Below are positions 1-9,000 of a stretch of 64,000 bases of DNA, piece by piece. The stretch is taken from positions 74,114 through 138,113 of the forward strand of contig CAZUWR010000001.1 of the NCBI GenBank assembly GCA_964624415.1. The letters are read 5' to 3'. Position 1 is the first letter of the stretch. Every line of letters starts with the position of its first letter. The notes under the pieces are model-generated. The model was given only the letters and a program-made list of their open reading frames with translations. It did no database searches and was not told the DNA's origin. Both the position numbers and the translations under genes were made by a program. The stretch comes from an uncultured Bdellovibrionales bacterium (GTDB lineage Bacteria > Patescibacteriota > Minisyncoccia > Moranbacterales > UBA1568).

Positions 1-2
1 AT

Positions 3-782
3 CAGGGTGTTTTGGTATCCTGTGGTGACAGCGCATCCGTGGTGACTCTTGCCAAAGATGCCAGGTGCACGCGATTGAGTTACGGATTTTTGGAGGAGAA
101 TGATTTTCGTATAATCAGCTATGCTCCTATGGAACGTTTTGATCCTGAGTCTGTCGGGTTATCGCTCAAGCAAACATTTGAGGTAGTCTATCAAGGAGAA
201 TCATTGGGAACATTCGCTTTGCAGCTTGCTGGTAAGCACAATGCCCTCAATGCCGCTTCTGTCATAGCGCTGTGCGAGTACCTGAAGCTTGATAGGGAAA
301 AAGTGCGTGAGGCACTGAAACGGTTTGCCGGTACATCGCGCCGTTTCGAGTATATCGGGGAGTATAAAGATGCTTTGCTGTATGATGATTACGCGCATCA
401 TCCCGAAGAAATCAAAGTGACACTCAAGGCCTTTCGGGATCTGTATCCCACGCGTCGCATCGTGGCAGTCTTTCATCCGCATACCTATACGCGCACGAAG
501 GCATTGCTCGCCGAATTCGCGCAGAGTTTCGATGATGCTGATCTGGTGTATATTTTGGATATTTATGGCAGCGCTCGAGAAACCCAAGGAGGAGTGTCTT
601 CCCGTCAAATCGTAGACCTCGTCAATACATATACCCGTGGCAAGGCTGTGCATATAGAGACTGTGACGGACACCATCGCCGAACTTCAGGAAAAAACACT
701 CGAGGGAGATGTTGTTGTTACGCTTGGCGCCGGCAATGTGTGGGAAGTCGTGCATACTTTGTCAAAAACAGTCAACAATTAA
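3..782 (+). CDS. murC: UDP-N-acetylmuramate--L-alanine ligase, C-terminal part (5' end outside window)
   Basis: Mur ligase motifs GKHNALNA, GTSRRFE, DDYAHHPEE, FHPHTYTRT, TLGAGN; directly upstream of murB; frame open to the window edge. Confidence 0.9.
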   Translation, partial: QGVLVSCGDSASVVTLAKDARCTRLSYGFLEENDFRIISYAPMERFDPESVGLSLKQTFEVVYQGESLGTFALQLAGKHNALNAASVIALCEYLKLDREKVREALKRFAGTSRRFEYIGEYKDALLYDDYAHHPEEIKVTLKAFRDLYPTRRIVAVFHPHTYTRTKALLAEFAQSFDDADLVYILDIYGSARETQGGVSSRQIVDLVNTYTRGKAVHIETVTDTIAELQEKTLEGDVVVTLGAGNVWEVVHTLSKTVNN

Positions 783-791
783 CAGTTAACA
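768..791 (+). repeat. Short degenerate heptamer tandem (ACAGTCA ACAATTA ACAGTTA) over the murC stop
   Basis: Directly visible 7-nt periodicity. Confidence 0.45.
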
Positions 792-833
792 AAAAGTAAC
801 TAACAATGTAAAGCACTAAGCGACTATTGATCT

Positions 834-1763
834 ATGATTACCGTACAAGAAAATATCCCCCTGGCGCCGTTTTCCACTTTCAAAATCGGTGGCCCGGCGA
901 AATATTTTGCCGCAGTTACTTCCGATGCGGAGGTTGTCGAGGCCTTGCAGTATGCGAAGGAGCATCAATTGCGTGTTTTTGTGTTGGGAGGCGGGAGTAA
1001 TGTTTTGTTTGCTGACAGAGGCTTTGACGGCTTGGTGATGCAGCTCGGGAATCGGGATATCGCCGTGGAGGACACTCTCGTTACGGCAGGCGCGGGTGCG
1101 AAACTTTCAGAAGTGATTGATTGTGCTATCGGGCATTCTTTGGCTGGCATGGAACATATGGCTGGCATCCCCGGGAGCGTCGGCGGTGCAGTGCGGGGCA
1201 ATGCGGGCGCTTTTGGAGTGGAGATCGGTTCGTTGGTAACCCAGGTGACTTTTATAGACACCGAAACGATGGAAGTACATACGATAGAGAAAGATGCGTG
1301 CGAATTTTCTTACCGACAAAGTGTGTTCAAAAAAAATCCGAAATGGCTGGTGCTCTCTGTAAAGCTTATGCTAGCGAACGGTGACCAGAATTCTCTGAGA
1401 CATATCGCAGAGGAAACCATCGCTACGCGCGAATCCAAGCATCCGCAACAGGTAGCGTGCGCGGGTTCATTCTTTATGAATCCGACGGTTACGGATGAGA
1501 AAGTGCTGGATGAATTTTTTCATGATACGGGTGTTCGTGCACGGATGCAGGTGCTTCCGGCAGGGTGGCTGATCGATCATGCCGGTTTGCGGGGAAAAAA
1601 GGTGGGCGGCGCACAAGTGAGCGATATTCATCCCAATTATCTCCTTAATACCGGCACCGCTACCGCTGAGGATGTGCTTATCCTGTCCAGCCTTATCAAG
1701 CAGCGCGTCCGCACGCAATTCGGTGTCCAGCTCAAGGAGGAACCGCAACTGGTCGGTTTTTGA
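834..1763 (+). CDS. murB: UDP-N-acetylenolpyruvoylglucosamine reductase
   Basis: Motifs TFKIGGPA, LGGGSNVL, GIPGSVGGAVRGNAGAFG, FSYRQS, AGSFFMNP, HPNYLLN. Confidence 0.97.
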   Translation: MITVQENIPLAPFSTFKIGGPAKYFAAVTSDAEVVEALQYAKEHQLRVFVLGGGSNVLFADRGFDGLVMQLGNRDIAVEDTLVTAGAGAKLSEVIDCAIGHSLAGMEHMAGIPGSVGGAVRGNAGAFGVEIGSLVTQVTFIDTETMEVHTIEKDACEFSYRQSVFKKNPKWLVLSVKLMLANGDQNSLRHIAEETIATRESKHPQQVACAGSFFMNPTVTDEKVLDEFFHDTGVRARMQVLPAGWLIDHAGLRGKKVGGAQVSDIHPNYLLNTGTATAEDVLILSSLIKQRVRTQFGVQLKEEPQLVGF

Positions 1764-1842
1764 TATTCCAATACCCTTCCTTTTCTTTTTACCGGTAACG
1801 TGTTATAATAAAAAAGTCTAATTTATATCTATCTCAAAAACT

Positions 1843-2817
1843 ATGAAAGGAAACGTTAGCACCGGGTTCGCCCTCACCCTCATCGCGCTCTTCGCCCTGG
1901 TTTTTGGCACGGTGTTTTGGTTGATGGGAAAGCGGACTATCACCGAGGCACCGGTGACACAAACGACACAAGTAACGAGCCGTGAAAAACAGGCGGAGAA
2001 CGCGAAAACGCAAAAGTATGTAGAGGTTAAAGAATTAGGATTTAAAATTCCCGTGGATGATGCGATGGCGGATGATCTGACGTATACCATAGTCAAGCCG
2101 GACGGTGTTCCTTTTTCTTCTGCGAATTTTTCATCCAAGACACTAAACGCCGTGGATAAAGACTGTAGCACGCTATCGGGAATGCAAATACAAAAAATAT
2201 CAGGTACGCCTGCAAAAAATCCTACAGGGGAATCGGATTTTTATTCAGCTCGGACGGATTATATCAAACAATTTGACGGTTTTTTCCTTCTTTATCAAAG
2301 TCCTCAAGCATCCTGTACAATGGGTAAGAATGTCGATTTGGAAAGTAGGGTCGCACAGGCTGTTTCCGAAGGATTTAAAAATGTTACTTTGTTAGATGCT
2401 CACAATACTATCATTATCCCCACACAATCACCTGATGGCACTATGCTCGGGAATATATCTTTCACCATGCCGAGCGGATGGGTAAAAAAAGGAGAGCGAG
2501 TGGCCTCGGAAAATACCGATGCACCAGAGACTATTGAGCAGAAATATGCCGGAAAAGAGGGTGAATTGACTTTGACCAATCTGTATCAAGGCGGCGCATG
2601 TCCGACCGATGGCGGATATGTCACAGTGAAGAGCGATGGAGGAGTTACATTCAATGTCTGCTATAGCAGGGAAGGAGCTGTTTTCAATAGTGTGGAAATT
2701 AACGGAAAGGATAATACGGATGTTTTCGGAGGGGTGCAGTTTAATCCCGGTATAGACGTAGCGCAGCAGAAGGATTTCATTCAAAAATTGTTGCTCACCG
2801 CAGTGAAGGGAAAATAG
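1843..2817 (+). CDS. Membrane-anchored surface protein with pilin-like leader and PsbP-like/variable domains
   Basis: N-terminal STG-FALTLIALFALVFG hydrophobic segment, Thr/Gln linker, ELGFKIP and ISFTMPSGW motifs, Cys pairs. Confidence 0.65.
   Translation: MKGNVSTGFALTLIALFALVFGTVFWLMGKRTITEAPVTQTTQVTSREKQAENAKTQKYVEVKELGFKIPVDDAMADDLTYTIVKPDGVPFSSANFSSKTLNAVDKDCSTLSGMQIQKISGTPAKNPTGESDFYSARTDYIKQFDGFFLLYQSPQASCTMGKNVDLESRVAQAVSEGFKNVTLLDAHNTIIIPTQSPDGTMLGNISFTMPSGWVKKGERVASENTDAPETIEQKYAGKEGELTLTNLYQGGACPTDGGYVTVKSDGGVTFNVCYSREGAVFNSVEINGKDNTDVFGGVQFNPGIDVAQQKDFIQKLLLTAVKGK
1858..1898 (+). repeat. Direct repeat copy 1 (41 nt identical to 2912-2952; similarity extends to ~1970)
   Basis: AGCACCGGGTTCGCCCTCACCCTCATCGCGCTCTTCGCCCT present in both genes. 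Confidence 0.95.
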
Positions 2818-2896
2818 CACAGTGTTTTTGGGTAGTGATTCCTTAAACCCTTTCCTTTGACGAGATGGTTTCTAATTTTTTATTTCATTCGCATCT

Positions 2897-3556
2897 ATGT
2901 CCAAGCATATCAGCACCGGGTTCGCCCTCACCCTCATCGCGCTCTTCGCCCTTGTCTTCGGAACGGTGTTTTGGTTGATGGGAAAACGGGATATCACCGA
3001 TGTACCGGTGGTACAGACAACGCAACCGATTTCGAGTGCGGTACAGCAAACCGACAAAGTCGTCTACGAAAACAAAGAGTTCGGATTTTCTCTGGAACTG
3101 CCGGCGAGTTGGACGGGGTATAAGATTTTTGAAGGAAAATCATTTGATTTGTATGACAAAAAACGATACGATAATAAACATTTTACTTTTCTCTTGCCAA
3201 CAACGGAAAAAGATTCAGGAGCATGGTTTTTTGGAAAGGATCTAAAAGAGTACGCATACTTTGCGCCTGTTATTTCTATCGATGTTATTCCCAAGGAGTA
3301 TTTTTTGAAAAATGAAAAAACCTGTGAAACGAATTTTGATCCTAAAAATATACAATTAAAACAATCTTATCCTGACTGCCTGCGATGGAAGTTGATTGGA
3401 GAGACTGAAAATTTCGTAGTACTTGCCGATAGAGTTGATGGCGGTCTTGCCGGAGATGAAAAATATGCGGACAAAATGCTAGCGATAAAGTCGACAAACG
3501 AAGATCCTTATGGATTTTTAGACTTTTTCAAAAAAAGTTTCAAGTTGCTCGGTTAG
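2897..3556 (+). CDS. Membrane-anchored surface protein, same leader as 1843-2817, PsbP-like domain
   Basis: Identical STGFALTLIALFALVFGTVFWLMGKR leader; VYENKEFGFSLELPASW motif; ends ...KSFKLLG. Confidence 0.7.
   Translation: MSKHISTGFALTLIALFALVFGTVFWLMGKRDITDVPVVQTTQPISSAVQQTDKVVYENKEFGFSLELPASWTGYKIFEGKSFDLYDKKRYDNKHFTFLLPTTEKDSGAWFFGKDLKEYAYFAPVISIDVIPKEYFLKNEKTCETNFDPKNIQLKQSYPDCLRWKLIGETENFVVLADRVDGGLAGDEKYADKMLAIKSTNEDPYGFLDFFKKSFKLLG
2912..2952 (+). repeat. Direct repeat copy 2 of the leader-encoding sequence
   Basis: Identical to 1858-1898. Confidence 0.95.
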
Positions 3557-4030
3557 ACGTCTATCGATACCTCCGACTGGCAAACCTATCGCAATGACCA
3601 GTACGGGTTTGAGTTCAAATATCCGAAAGAATGGTTTGAGCAGAAACCGATAGACGGCATAAATGTATAATACAATGTGTACATTACCAACAAAGATATT
3701 GCCGATGATTATAACAAACTTGGAAAGGACGATGTGCAATTGAGCGTCATAAGAGTGAAAGATGAATTACAGGTTGGTAATGATATAGCCCTTAAAAATT
3801 TGGAAAAAAATCGACAACAATTTTCAACGTTTCAACCTTTTATGACCGATGACGAAAGAAATCATGAAGTTTTATTCGGCAATTCTCATAAGTGTTCACT
3901 AGCAGTATACACCAAACCTGATAAGGTTTCGTATCAGATTTACATGACAAGCACCGGTGGTTGCGATACATTGAGTCATTTTGAAAGAGAGTTTGAGTAA
4001 ATAACGGAAAGCTTCAAAGTGCTTCCATAA
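3557..4030 (+). pseudogene. Cryptic second PsbP-like domain, in frame with 2897-3556 and interrupted by stops
   Basis: Reads TSIDTSDWQTYRNDQYGFEFKYPKEW...GINV*YNVYITNK...FEREFE*ITESFKVLP* in the same frame; stops TAG 3554, TAA 3668, TAA 3998. Confidence 0.75.
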
Positions 4031-4098
4031 GCCACTATACAGTTCTTTCCCGTATGGGTGTATAATACAGAGGGGGAGTAATCCATAAGCGTAACGCT

Positions 4099-4446
4099 AT
4101 GAATACACGATTTTTGTTCAAGGGTGTGGAAGTGAATGCCTTGGCGCGGGAATATATGCTGAAGCGATTGGAGCGGGTGGAAAAACTGGTGGATCCGGTG
4201 TCAAAATTTGAAATCGAAGTGGGTTTGAGTGAACAGAAAAAGTTTCGCGTGGAAGTGATGGTGCGCACGCCGCATCATTTGTATCGCGCCGAAGAGGTGA
4301 CGGAAACTGCGGAGGGCTCGATGGATATCGTGGTGGACAAGCTGGAGCATCAGATCGTTTCGGACAAGGAAAAGCAGAAGGATCTGAAGCGCGATGGCGG
4401 ACGGGAAATCAAGGAAATGCTTCATACGGATGTGACGGAAGAATAG
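4099..4446 (+). CDS. hpf: Ribosome hibernation promoting factor / RaiA
   Basis: S30AE-type pattern: FKGVEVNALAREY..KRLERVEK, RVEV.V, RAEE..., SMDIVVDKLEHQI. Confidence 0.85.
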   Translation: MNTRFLFKGVEVNALAREYMLKRLERVEKLVDPVSKFEIEVGLSEQKKFRVEVMVRTPHHLYRAEEVTETAEGSMDIVVDKLEHQIVSDKEKQKDLKRDGGREIKEMLHTDVTEE

Positions 4447-4487
4447 ATCGGGACGCGAAAAAATAACGGAATCAAAAGAAAAACATA

Positions 4488-5678
4488 ATGCGAGTTGCGC
4501 GAAGGCTGTTTCAGGGAGCGGTGTATATATTTGCGGCCGTAGGATTTATTTTTACGGGGGTGTTTTTTGCTATCCGTTTTCACCTGACCGATGTCTCGGG
4601 GACGGTGGATGCTCGCAGTGTCGAGTTTGAAGAAACAAGTGTCGCGGCATCGCAACAGGTCTTGGGTGTTTCGGATACGCATCGATCGAATGATACGGAT
4701 TTTTCGCAGATCGATACGGAAGTGGAGCGTTTGACGGGTATACGGAAAATACAACAAAACAATATATGCTCGCTTGCGGCACTGAAAGAGAAAGCGCCGA
4801 AAGATGTCGCCGATATCGCCAGGGTTCAAGCGATGGGCAATGCGGATGCGGTGGTTTCTAAGATGATTTTTGCGTTGGAAAATGACTTGGGAAATCAGGA
4901 TACGATACGCGCGCAAGCACAAGACTGTGTGGAACAAGGAAAATACAGAAGTGTTTCCACTGAGGCACTGACAATGGGTACGGATAGTCCGAGCGTATTC
5001 GCTTGGTCTGCCGACGAGGAGTGGCAGTCTATCTCTACGGCGGTAGTGAAGGACAAAGACGCTATCGATCGCGCGGCGCAGGCTTCCGATATCGAGCCGC
5101 GATTGATTGTGTCGAGTCTTATCGTTGAGCAGATTAGACTTTTTCATTCGCAGCGGGAACTGTTTAAGAAGTTTTTCGAGCCGCTGAAAATTCTTGGAAA
5201 TTCAACCACTATTTCATTGGGTGTGATGGGCATCAAGCCACCCACCGCCCAAACGGTCGAGGAGTATCTGAAGGATACATCGTCACCGTTTTATTTGGGT
5301 GAAAAATACGCACACTTGCTGGACTATCCGGCAGGAGTGGATGTGGAAAAAGAACGTTTCGCACGATTGACTGATGAACACAATCATTACTGGTCGTATT
5401 TGTACGGTGCGCTCTACCTGAAGCAGATGATGAAACAATGGACTGACGCCGGATACGATATCACGTATCGCCCGGAGATAGTTGGCACGCTTTTCAATGT
5501 CGGATTCCCCCAGTCGCATCCGAACGCGCATCCGCAAGTCGGGGGATCGACTATTCATCTCAATGATACGCATGAGTACTCTTTCGGCCGTCTGTCGTAT
5601 GAATTCTACTATTCCGGGCAATTGCTTGATGTGTTCCCTTATGCATTGCATGAGAAAGATGGCGATACAATGCCTTGA
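4488..5678 (+). CDS. Membrane-anchored hypothetical protein, possible lysozyme-like C-terminal domain
   Basis: N-terminal TM; C-half IDRAAQASDIEPRLIVS..IVEQ, SLGVMGIK, SYLYGALYLK, TLFNVG resembles transglycosylase-like motifs. Confidence 0.5.
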   Translation: MRVARRLFQGAVYIFAAVGFIFTGVFFAIRFHLTDVSGTVDARSVEFEETSVAASQQVLGVSDTHRSNDTDFSQIDTEVERLTGIRKIQQNNICSLAALKEKAPKDVADIARVQAMGNADAVVSKMIFALENDLGNQDTIRAQAQDCVEQGKYRSVSTEALTMGTDSPSVFAWSADEEWQSISTAVVKDKDAIDRAAQASDIEPRLIVSSLIVEQIRLFHSQRELFKKFFEPLKILGNSTTISLGVMGIKPPTAQTVEEYLKDTSSPFYLGEKYAHLLDYPAGVDVEKERFARLTDEHNHYWSYLYGALYLKQMMKQWTDAGYDITYRPEIVGTLFNVGFPQSHPNAHPQVGGSTIHLNDTHEYSFGRLSYEFYYSGQLLDVFPYALHEKDGDTMP

Positions 5679-5775
5679 GTATGTGCTTTTTATGCTATGT
5701 AGTGATTTTTTATATCTTTGTATGGAGAGCCCTTTTCTTGTATACTGAGGATAGATTATTCTTAAATTCAATCCT

Positions 5776-6333
5776 ATGGCAGAAAAATTCGACATCATTC
5801 TTATTGATGATGATGTTGAGCTCCGTAGTTTGTATGCGGAAGTATTTCGTAATGACGGGTTTGAAGTGCGCGAGGCGAATGATGGTCTGCAGGGTCTGGA
5901 AATGATCAATGACAAAACGCCCGACGTTATTTTTACGGGTATTATGATGCCGCGTATGGATGGTTTCACATTGGTGGAAACACTGAAAAAAAATGTTGCG
6001 ACCGCTTCGGTTCCGGTGGTACTGTTTTCTCACTTGGGACGCGAAGAAGATGAGAAACGTGCGGAGACGCTCGGGGTAAAGAAATTTATCGTCAAAGGGA
6101 TGGTATCGGTAAAGGATGTCGTCCGTATCGTCAAATCATTGTTAGTAAAGACTGTGGTCGAATACCATGTGTTTCTCGATCCACTTTCTTTGGATGCTCA
6201 GAAATTAGTTTTGGATTTCGGCCTCAATACGGACTTTTCGTGTGTCGAGAACGGAGGGAAAAAATGGGCACTCACGTTGACGGTCAAGGATACACATGCC
6301 CGTACGTTCGAGGCAAAGTTTACCTGCGTGTAG
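5776..6333 (+). CDS. Orphan response regulator (receiver domain plus short C-terminal domain)
   Basis: ILIDDD, ANDGLQGL, PDVIFTGIMMPRMDGF (phospho-Asp position appears to be Gly), FIVK. Confidence 0.85.
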   Translation: MAEKFDIILIDDDVELRSLYAEVFRNDGFEVREANDGLQGLEMINDKTPDVIFTGIMMPRMDGFTLVETLKKNVATASVPVVLFSHLGREEDEKRAETLGVKKFIVKGMVSVKDVVRIVKSLLVKTVVEYHVFLDPLSLDAQKLVLDFGLNTDFSCVENGGKKWALTLTVKDTHARTFEAKFTCV

Positions 6334-6462
6334 CAACTGTTTAAAATATTTTTGTTTTTGGTTTTTGATAGTGTTTTTCGAACTGCCGGGTCAAAGACGA
6401 AAGGCGAGAAGAAATGCTATCAAAAGCCAAAAAAAAGAGTAAAAAAGATTTTAGACAATTGC
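6333..6462. repeat. ~130-nt inverted-repeat hairpin element, copy 1 (MITE-like or structured RNA)
   Basis: Ends GCAACTGTTTAAAAT...ATTTTAGACAATTGC; core TTCGAACTGCCGGGTCAAAGACGAAAGGCGAGAA identical to the copy at 25151-25280. Confidence 0.85.
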
Positions 6463-6495
6463 TTAGCACCTTCTATTTTTTAAAGAAATGTGTGT

Positions 6496-8211
6496 ATGGC
6501 TGTATGGAAAGTGCAATCTGAGGCGGATGTGGAACATGAATCGGTAGGCGAGGGCAAGTTGCATCCTATTACCGCGGCCTTGCTGATGAAGCGCGGAGTG
6601 AAAGATGATGATTTAATGCAACGGTTTTTTACACCTGATTACGATAAAGATCTTCATGACCCATTTTTGTTTGTGCAGATGCCGATGGTTATCGAGCGTC
6701 TCCGCAAGGCCAAGGAAAACGACGAGCGCGTCGGCGTGTTTGGCGATTTTGACGTGGATGGGGTAACATCTTCAGCCTTGCTTCGGATGGTGCTTGGAGC
6801 ACTGGATATTCCTTGCTCTATCTATATTCCCGACAAAAATACCGAAGGGCACGGTTTGCATCTCAATGCGATCGAAGTATTCGCGCAAGAGGGCGTGACA
6901 CTTGTGATGACCACGGACTGCGGTATGACCAATGTCGAGCAAGTCGATGCCGCCAATGCGCGCGGGATGGATGTGATTATCATCGATCACCATCATGTCC
7001 CGGAAGTATTGCCAAAAGCGCACGCCATCATCAATGCGCAGATGAGTGATTCGGGCTACCCGTTCAAGGGACTGTGTGCCGTGGGGACGGTATTTAAGGT
7101 GGCGCAGGCCGTATACCATACCTTTTTGCCGGGTAAACTTGATCAATTGAAGTGGTTTTTGGATGTGGTTGCGGTTGGAACGGTAGCAGACTGTATGCCG
7201 CTCATCGATGAGAATCGCGTGATGGTGAAGTATGGATTGATTGTACTTTCCAAAACTCGTCGCATCGGTTTTCAGGAGATGTTTGCTGTCGGGAGGATTC
7301 CTATCGATGAAAATAACGTGCCCGATTCCCGGATGATCGGTTTTCAGATTGCGCCCCGTATCAATGCGGCGGGACGAATGGCACACGCCCAGGCGGCGCA
7401 TGAGCTTTTGATGTGTGAGGATCATTCTATCGCTCGCGGTCTGGCACTCGATATCGAGGCCAACAACGTCGCGCGTCAAAAAATTAGCACTCAGACGACC
7501 GACCAGGTGCGCAAGGTTGCCCAGCTGCAGTATGCTGACAAAAAATTCATCTTCGCGGTGAGCGAGCACTACCCGCTCGGCATTGTGGGACTGGTGGCGG
7601 GGCGTATCGCGCATGAGCTCAACAAACCGACGGCAGTCTTCCAGAAAGGCGAGCACGAAAGCCAAGGCTCATTCCGTAGTATTCCGTCTATCAATATCAT
7701 CGAGGCAATCGAGGAATGCGGAGATTTACTGGTGAAATTTGGCGGCCATGCGATGGCAGCGGGGTTGACGGTAAAGAATGAGCATATTGAAGCATTCTAT
7801 GAAAAGCTCAATGGCATTATCGAGAAAAAATTGGAGGGTATCGTCGTGGAGCCGGAAATCCTGATCGATATGAAACTCTCACCCTATCACATTACGCCGC
7901 AATTGGTGAGTGAGATCGGCAAAATGGCACCGTTCGGAGAAGGGAATCGCGAACCCGTCTTTTTACTGGAGAATATGAGCGTGCAGTCTGTACGGATGGT
8001 GGGTAATGGCAGCAAGCACCTCAAGCTCGCTTTGCGATCCGACGATGCCGAAGGGAGGACATTCGATGCTATCGGTTTCAGTCTCGGCGCGAAATTTCCT
8101 GATCTCGCTATCGGACAAAAACTCGATGTCGTCTTCGGTCTCGAAGCCAATGTTTGGAATGGCCGCACGACGACGCAGCTGAAACTGATCGATATGCGAT
8201 TGCGGGAGTAA
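6496..8211 (+). CDS. recJ: Single-stranded-DNA-specific exonuclease RecJ
   Basis: GDFDVDG, TTDCG, IIDHH, GTVADCMPL, APRINAAGR, GSFRS, FGGHAMAAG, APFGEGNREP motifs. Confidence 0.97.
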   Translation: MAVWKVQSEADVEHESVGEGKLHPITAALLMKRGVKDDDLMQRFFTPDYDKDLHDPFLFVQMPMVIERLRKAKENDERVGVFGDFDVDGVTSSALLRMVLGALDIPCSIYIPDKNTEGHGLHLNAIEVFAQEGVTLVMTTDCGMTNVEQVDAANARGMDVIIIDHHHVPEVLPKAHAIINAQMSDSGYPFKGLCAVGTVFKVAQAVYHTFLPGKLDQLKWFLDVVAVGTVADCMPLIDENRVMVKYGLIVLSKTRRIGFQEMFAVGRIPIDENNVPDSRMIGFQIAPRINAAGRMAHAQAAHELLMCEDHSIARGLALDIEANNVARQKISTQTTDQVRKVAQLQYADKKFIFAVSEHYPLGIVGLVAGRIAHELNKPTAVFQKGEHESQGSFRSIPSINIIEAIEECGDLLVKFGGHAMAAGLTVKNEHIEAFYEKLNGIIEKKLEGIVVEPEILIDMKLSPYHITPQLVSEIGKMAPFGEGNREPVFLLENMSVQSVRMVGNGSKHLKLALRSDDAEGRTFDAIGFSLGAKFPDLAIGQKLDVVFGLEANVWNGRTTTQLKLIDMRLRE

Positions 8212-8261
8212 GCAGGATTTATGTATACTGTAATCAAATATAATTTTTTATCATAAAGACT

Positions 8262-8576
8262 ATGAAGCCAGGCGAATACAATCAGATACCAAGCAATGAA
8301 ATGCCGAAGGCGGCAGAAGACACTATGAAAGCACCTTTTGAGATAGAGGACAGAGAGGCCGAAATTGCCTTGGCCAAGAAAGAATTTGACGATTATATGC
8401 AAAAGTTATGCGCTGCGGAAGATGACCCCGAGGTAATAGTGGATTGTTTGCGTGAAGCGAAAGACGCGGCTTTTCAGATAGGAAAATATAAGCTGATGGC
8501 GATGTTTGATGACGAAATAGAAAAACGGGAAACGACGGATGAGGATGAAGAAGATCTTGAAGAGGCTGTAGCTTGA
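8262..8576 (+). CDS. Hypothetical acidic protein
   Basis: Clean 104-aa ORF, CTATG start, acidic tail. Confidence 0.6.
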   Translation: MKPGEYNQIPSNEMPKAAEDTMKAPFEIEDREAEIALAKKEFDDYMQKLCAAEDDPEVIVDCLREAKDAAFQIGKYKLMAMFDDEIEKRETTDEDEEDLEEAVA

Positions 8577-8619
8577 AAACGCTCATAATCATGAAGCTGA
8601 ATTTAGTAAAAAAATCAGT

Positions 8620-8982
8620 ATGCTAGGACATGAATCACCATTTGAAACACAGGAAATGCTGGAACAGAAGCAAGAACAGCAGTTGGCCTTGCTTTTAAAA
8701 GAAAAAGGATTGGATGATCCCGAGGCGCACACAGCTCTTAACGAGTGGATTGCCCAACAGGAGCAGTGGGCTGATAATTCCGAGAATTCTTTAGACGCAC
8801 GTATAGAAGTGGATCTCCGGACGGCACGATTATATCTGAAAGCCGGTCTTTTGGATGATGTGTGGGACAACTTCGAATATGCCAAAGCACAAGCATGGAG
8901 TCGGCACAATTTAAGGGAGCGAGATTCTCTTTATCAAGCCATTGTAAAGGAAGTGGAACAAATAGAGGAATTTTTTCAGTAG
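8620..8982 (+). CDS. Hypothetical helical protein (TPR-like C-terminal pattern)
   Basis: 120-aa ORF; RTARLYLKAGLLDDVWDNFEYA pattern. Confidence 0.6.
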   Translation: MLGHESPFETQEMLEQKQEQQLALLLKEKGLDDPEAHTALNEWIAQQEQWADNSENSLDARIEVDLRTARLYLKAGLLDDVWDNFEYAKAQAWSRHNLRERDSLYQAIVKEVEQIEEFFQ

Positions 8983-9000
8983 GAGTATATTTTATATTTT

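Noticed and set aside
1858-2952. CRISPR array or DGR template/variable repeat
   Set aside because: Only two coding copies ~1 kb apart; differences are not adenine-specific; no cas or reverse transcriptase gene in the window
3554-4000. Genome-wide stop-codon reassignment
   Set aside because: Conserved genes here end properly at TAA, TAG and TGA and contain no internal stops, so code 11 fits
6381-6406. Hammerhead ribozyme in the repeat core (CTGCCGG-GTCAAAGAC-GAAA)
   Set aside because: The spacing resembles CUGANGA-stem II-GAAA, but the essential A6 and A9 are C and G and no proper stem III/cleavage triplet is evident
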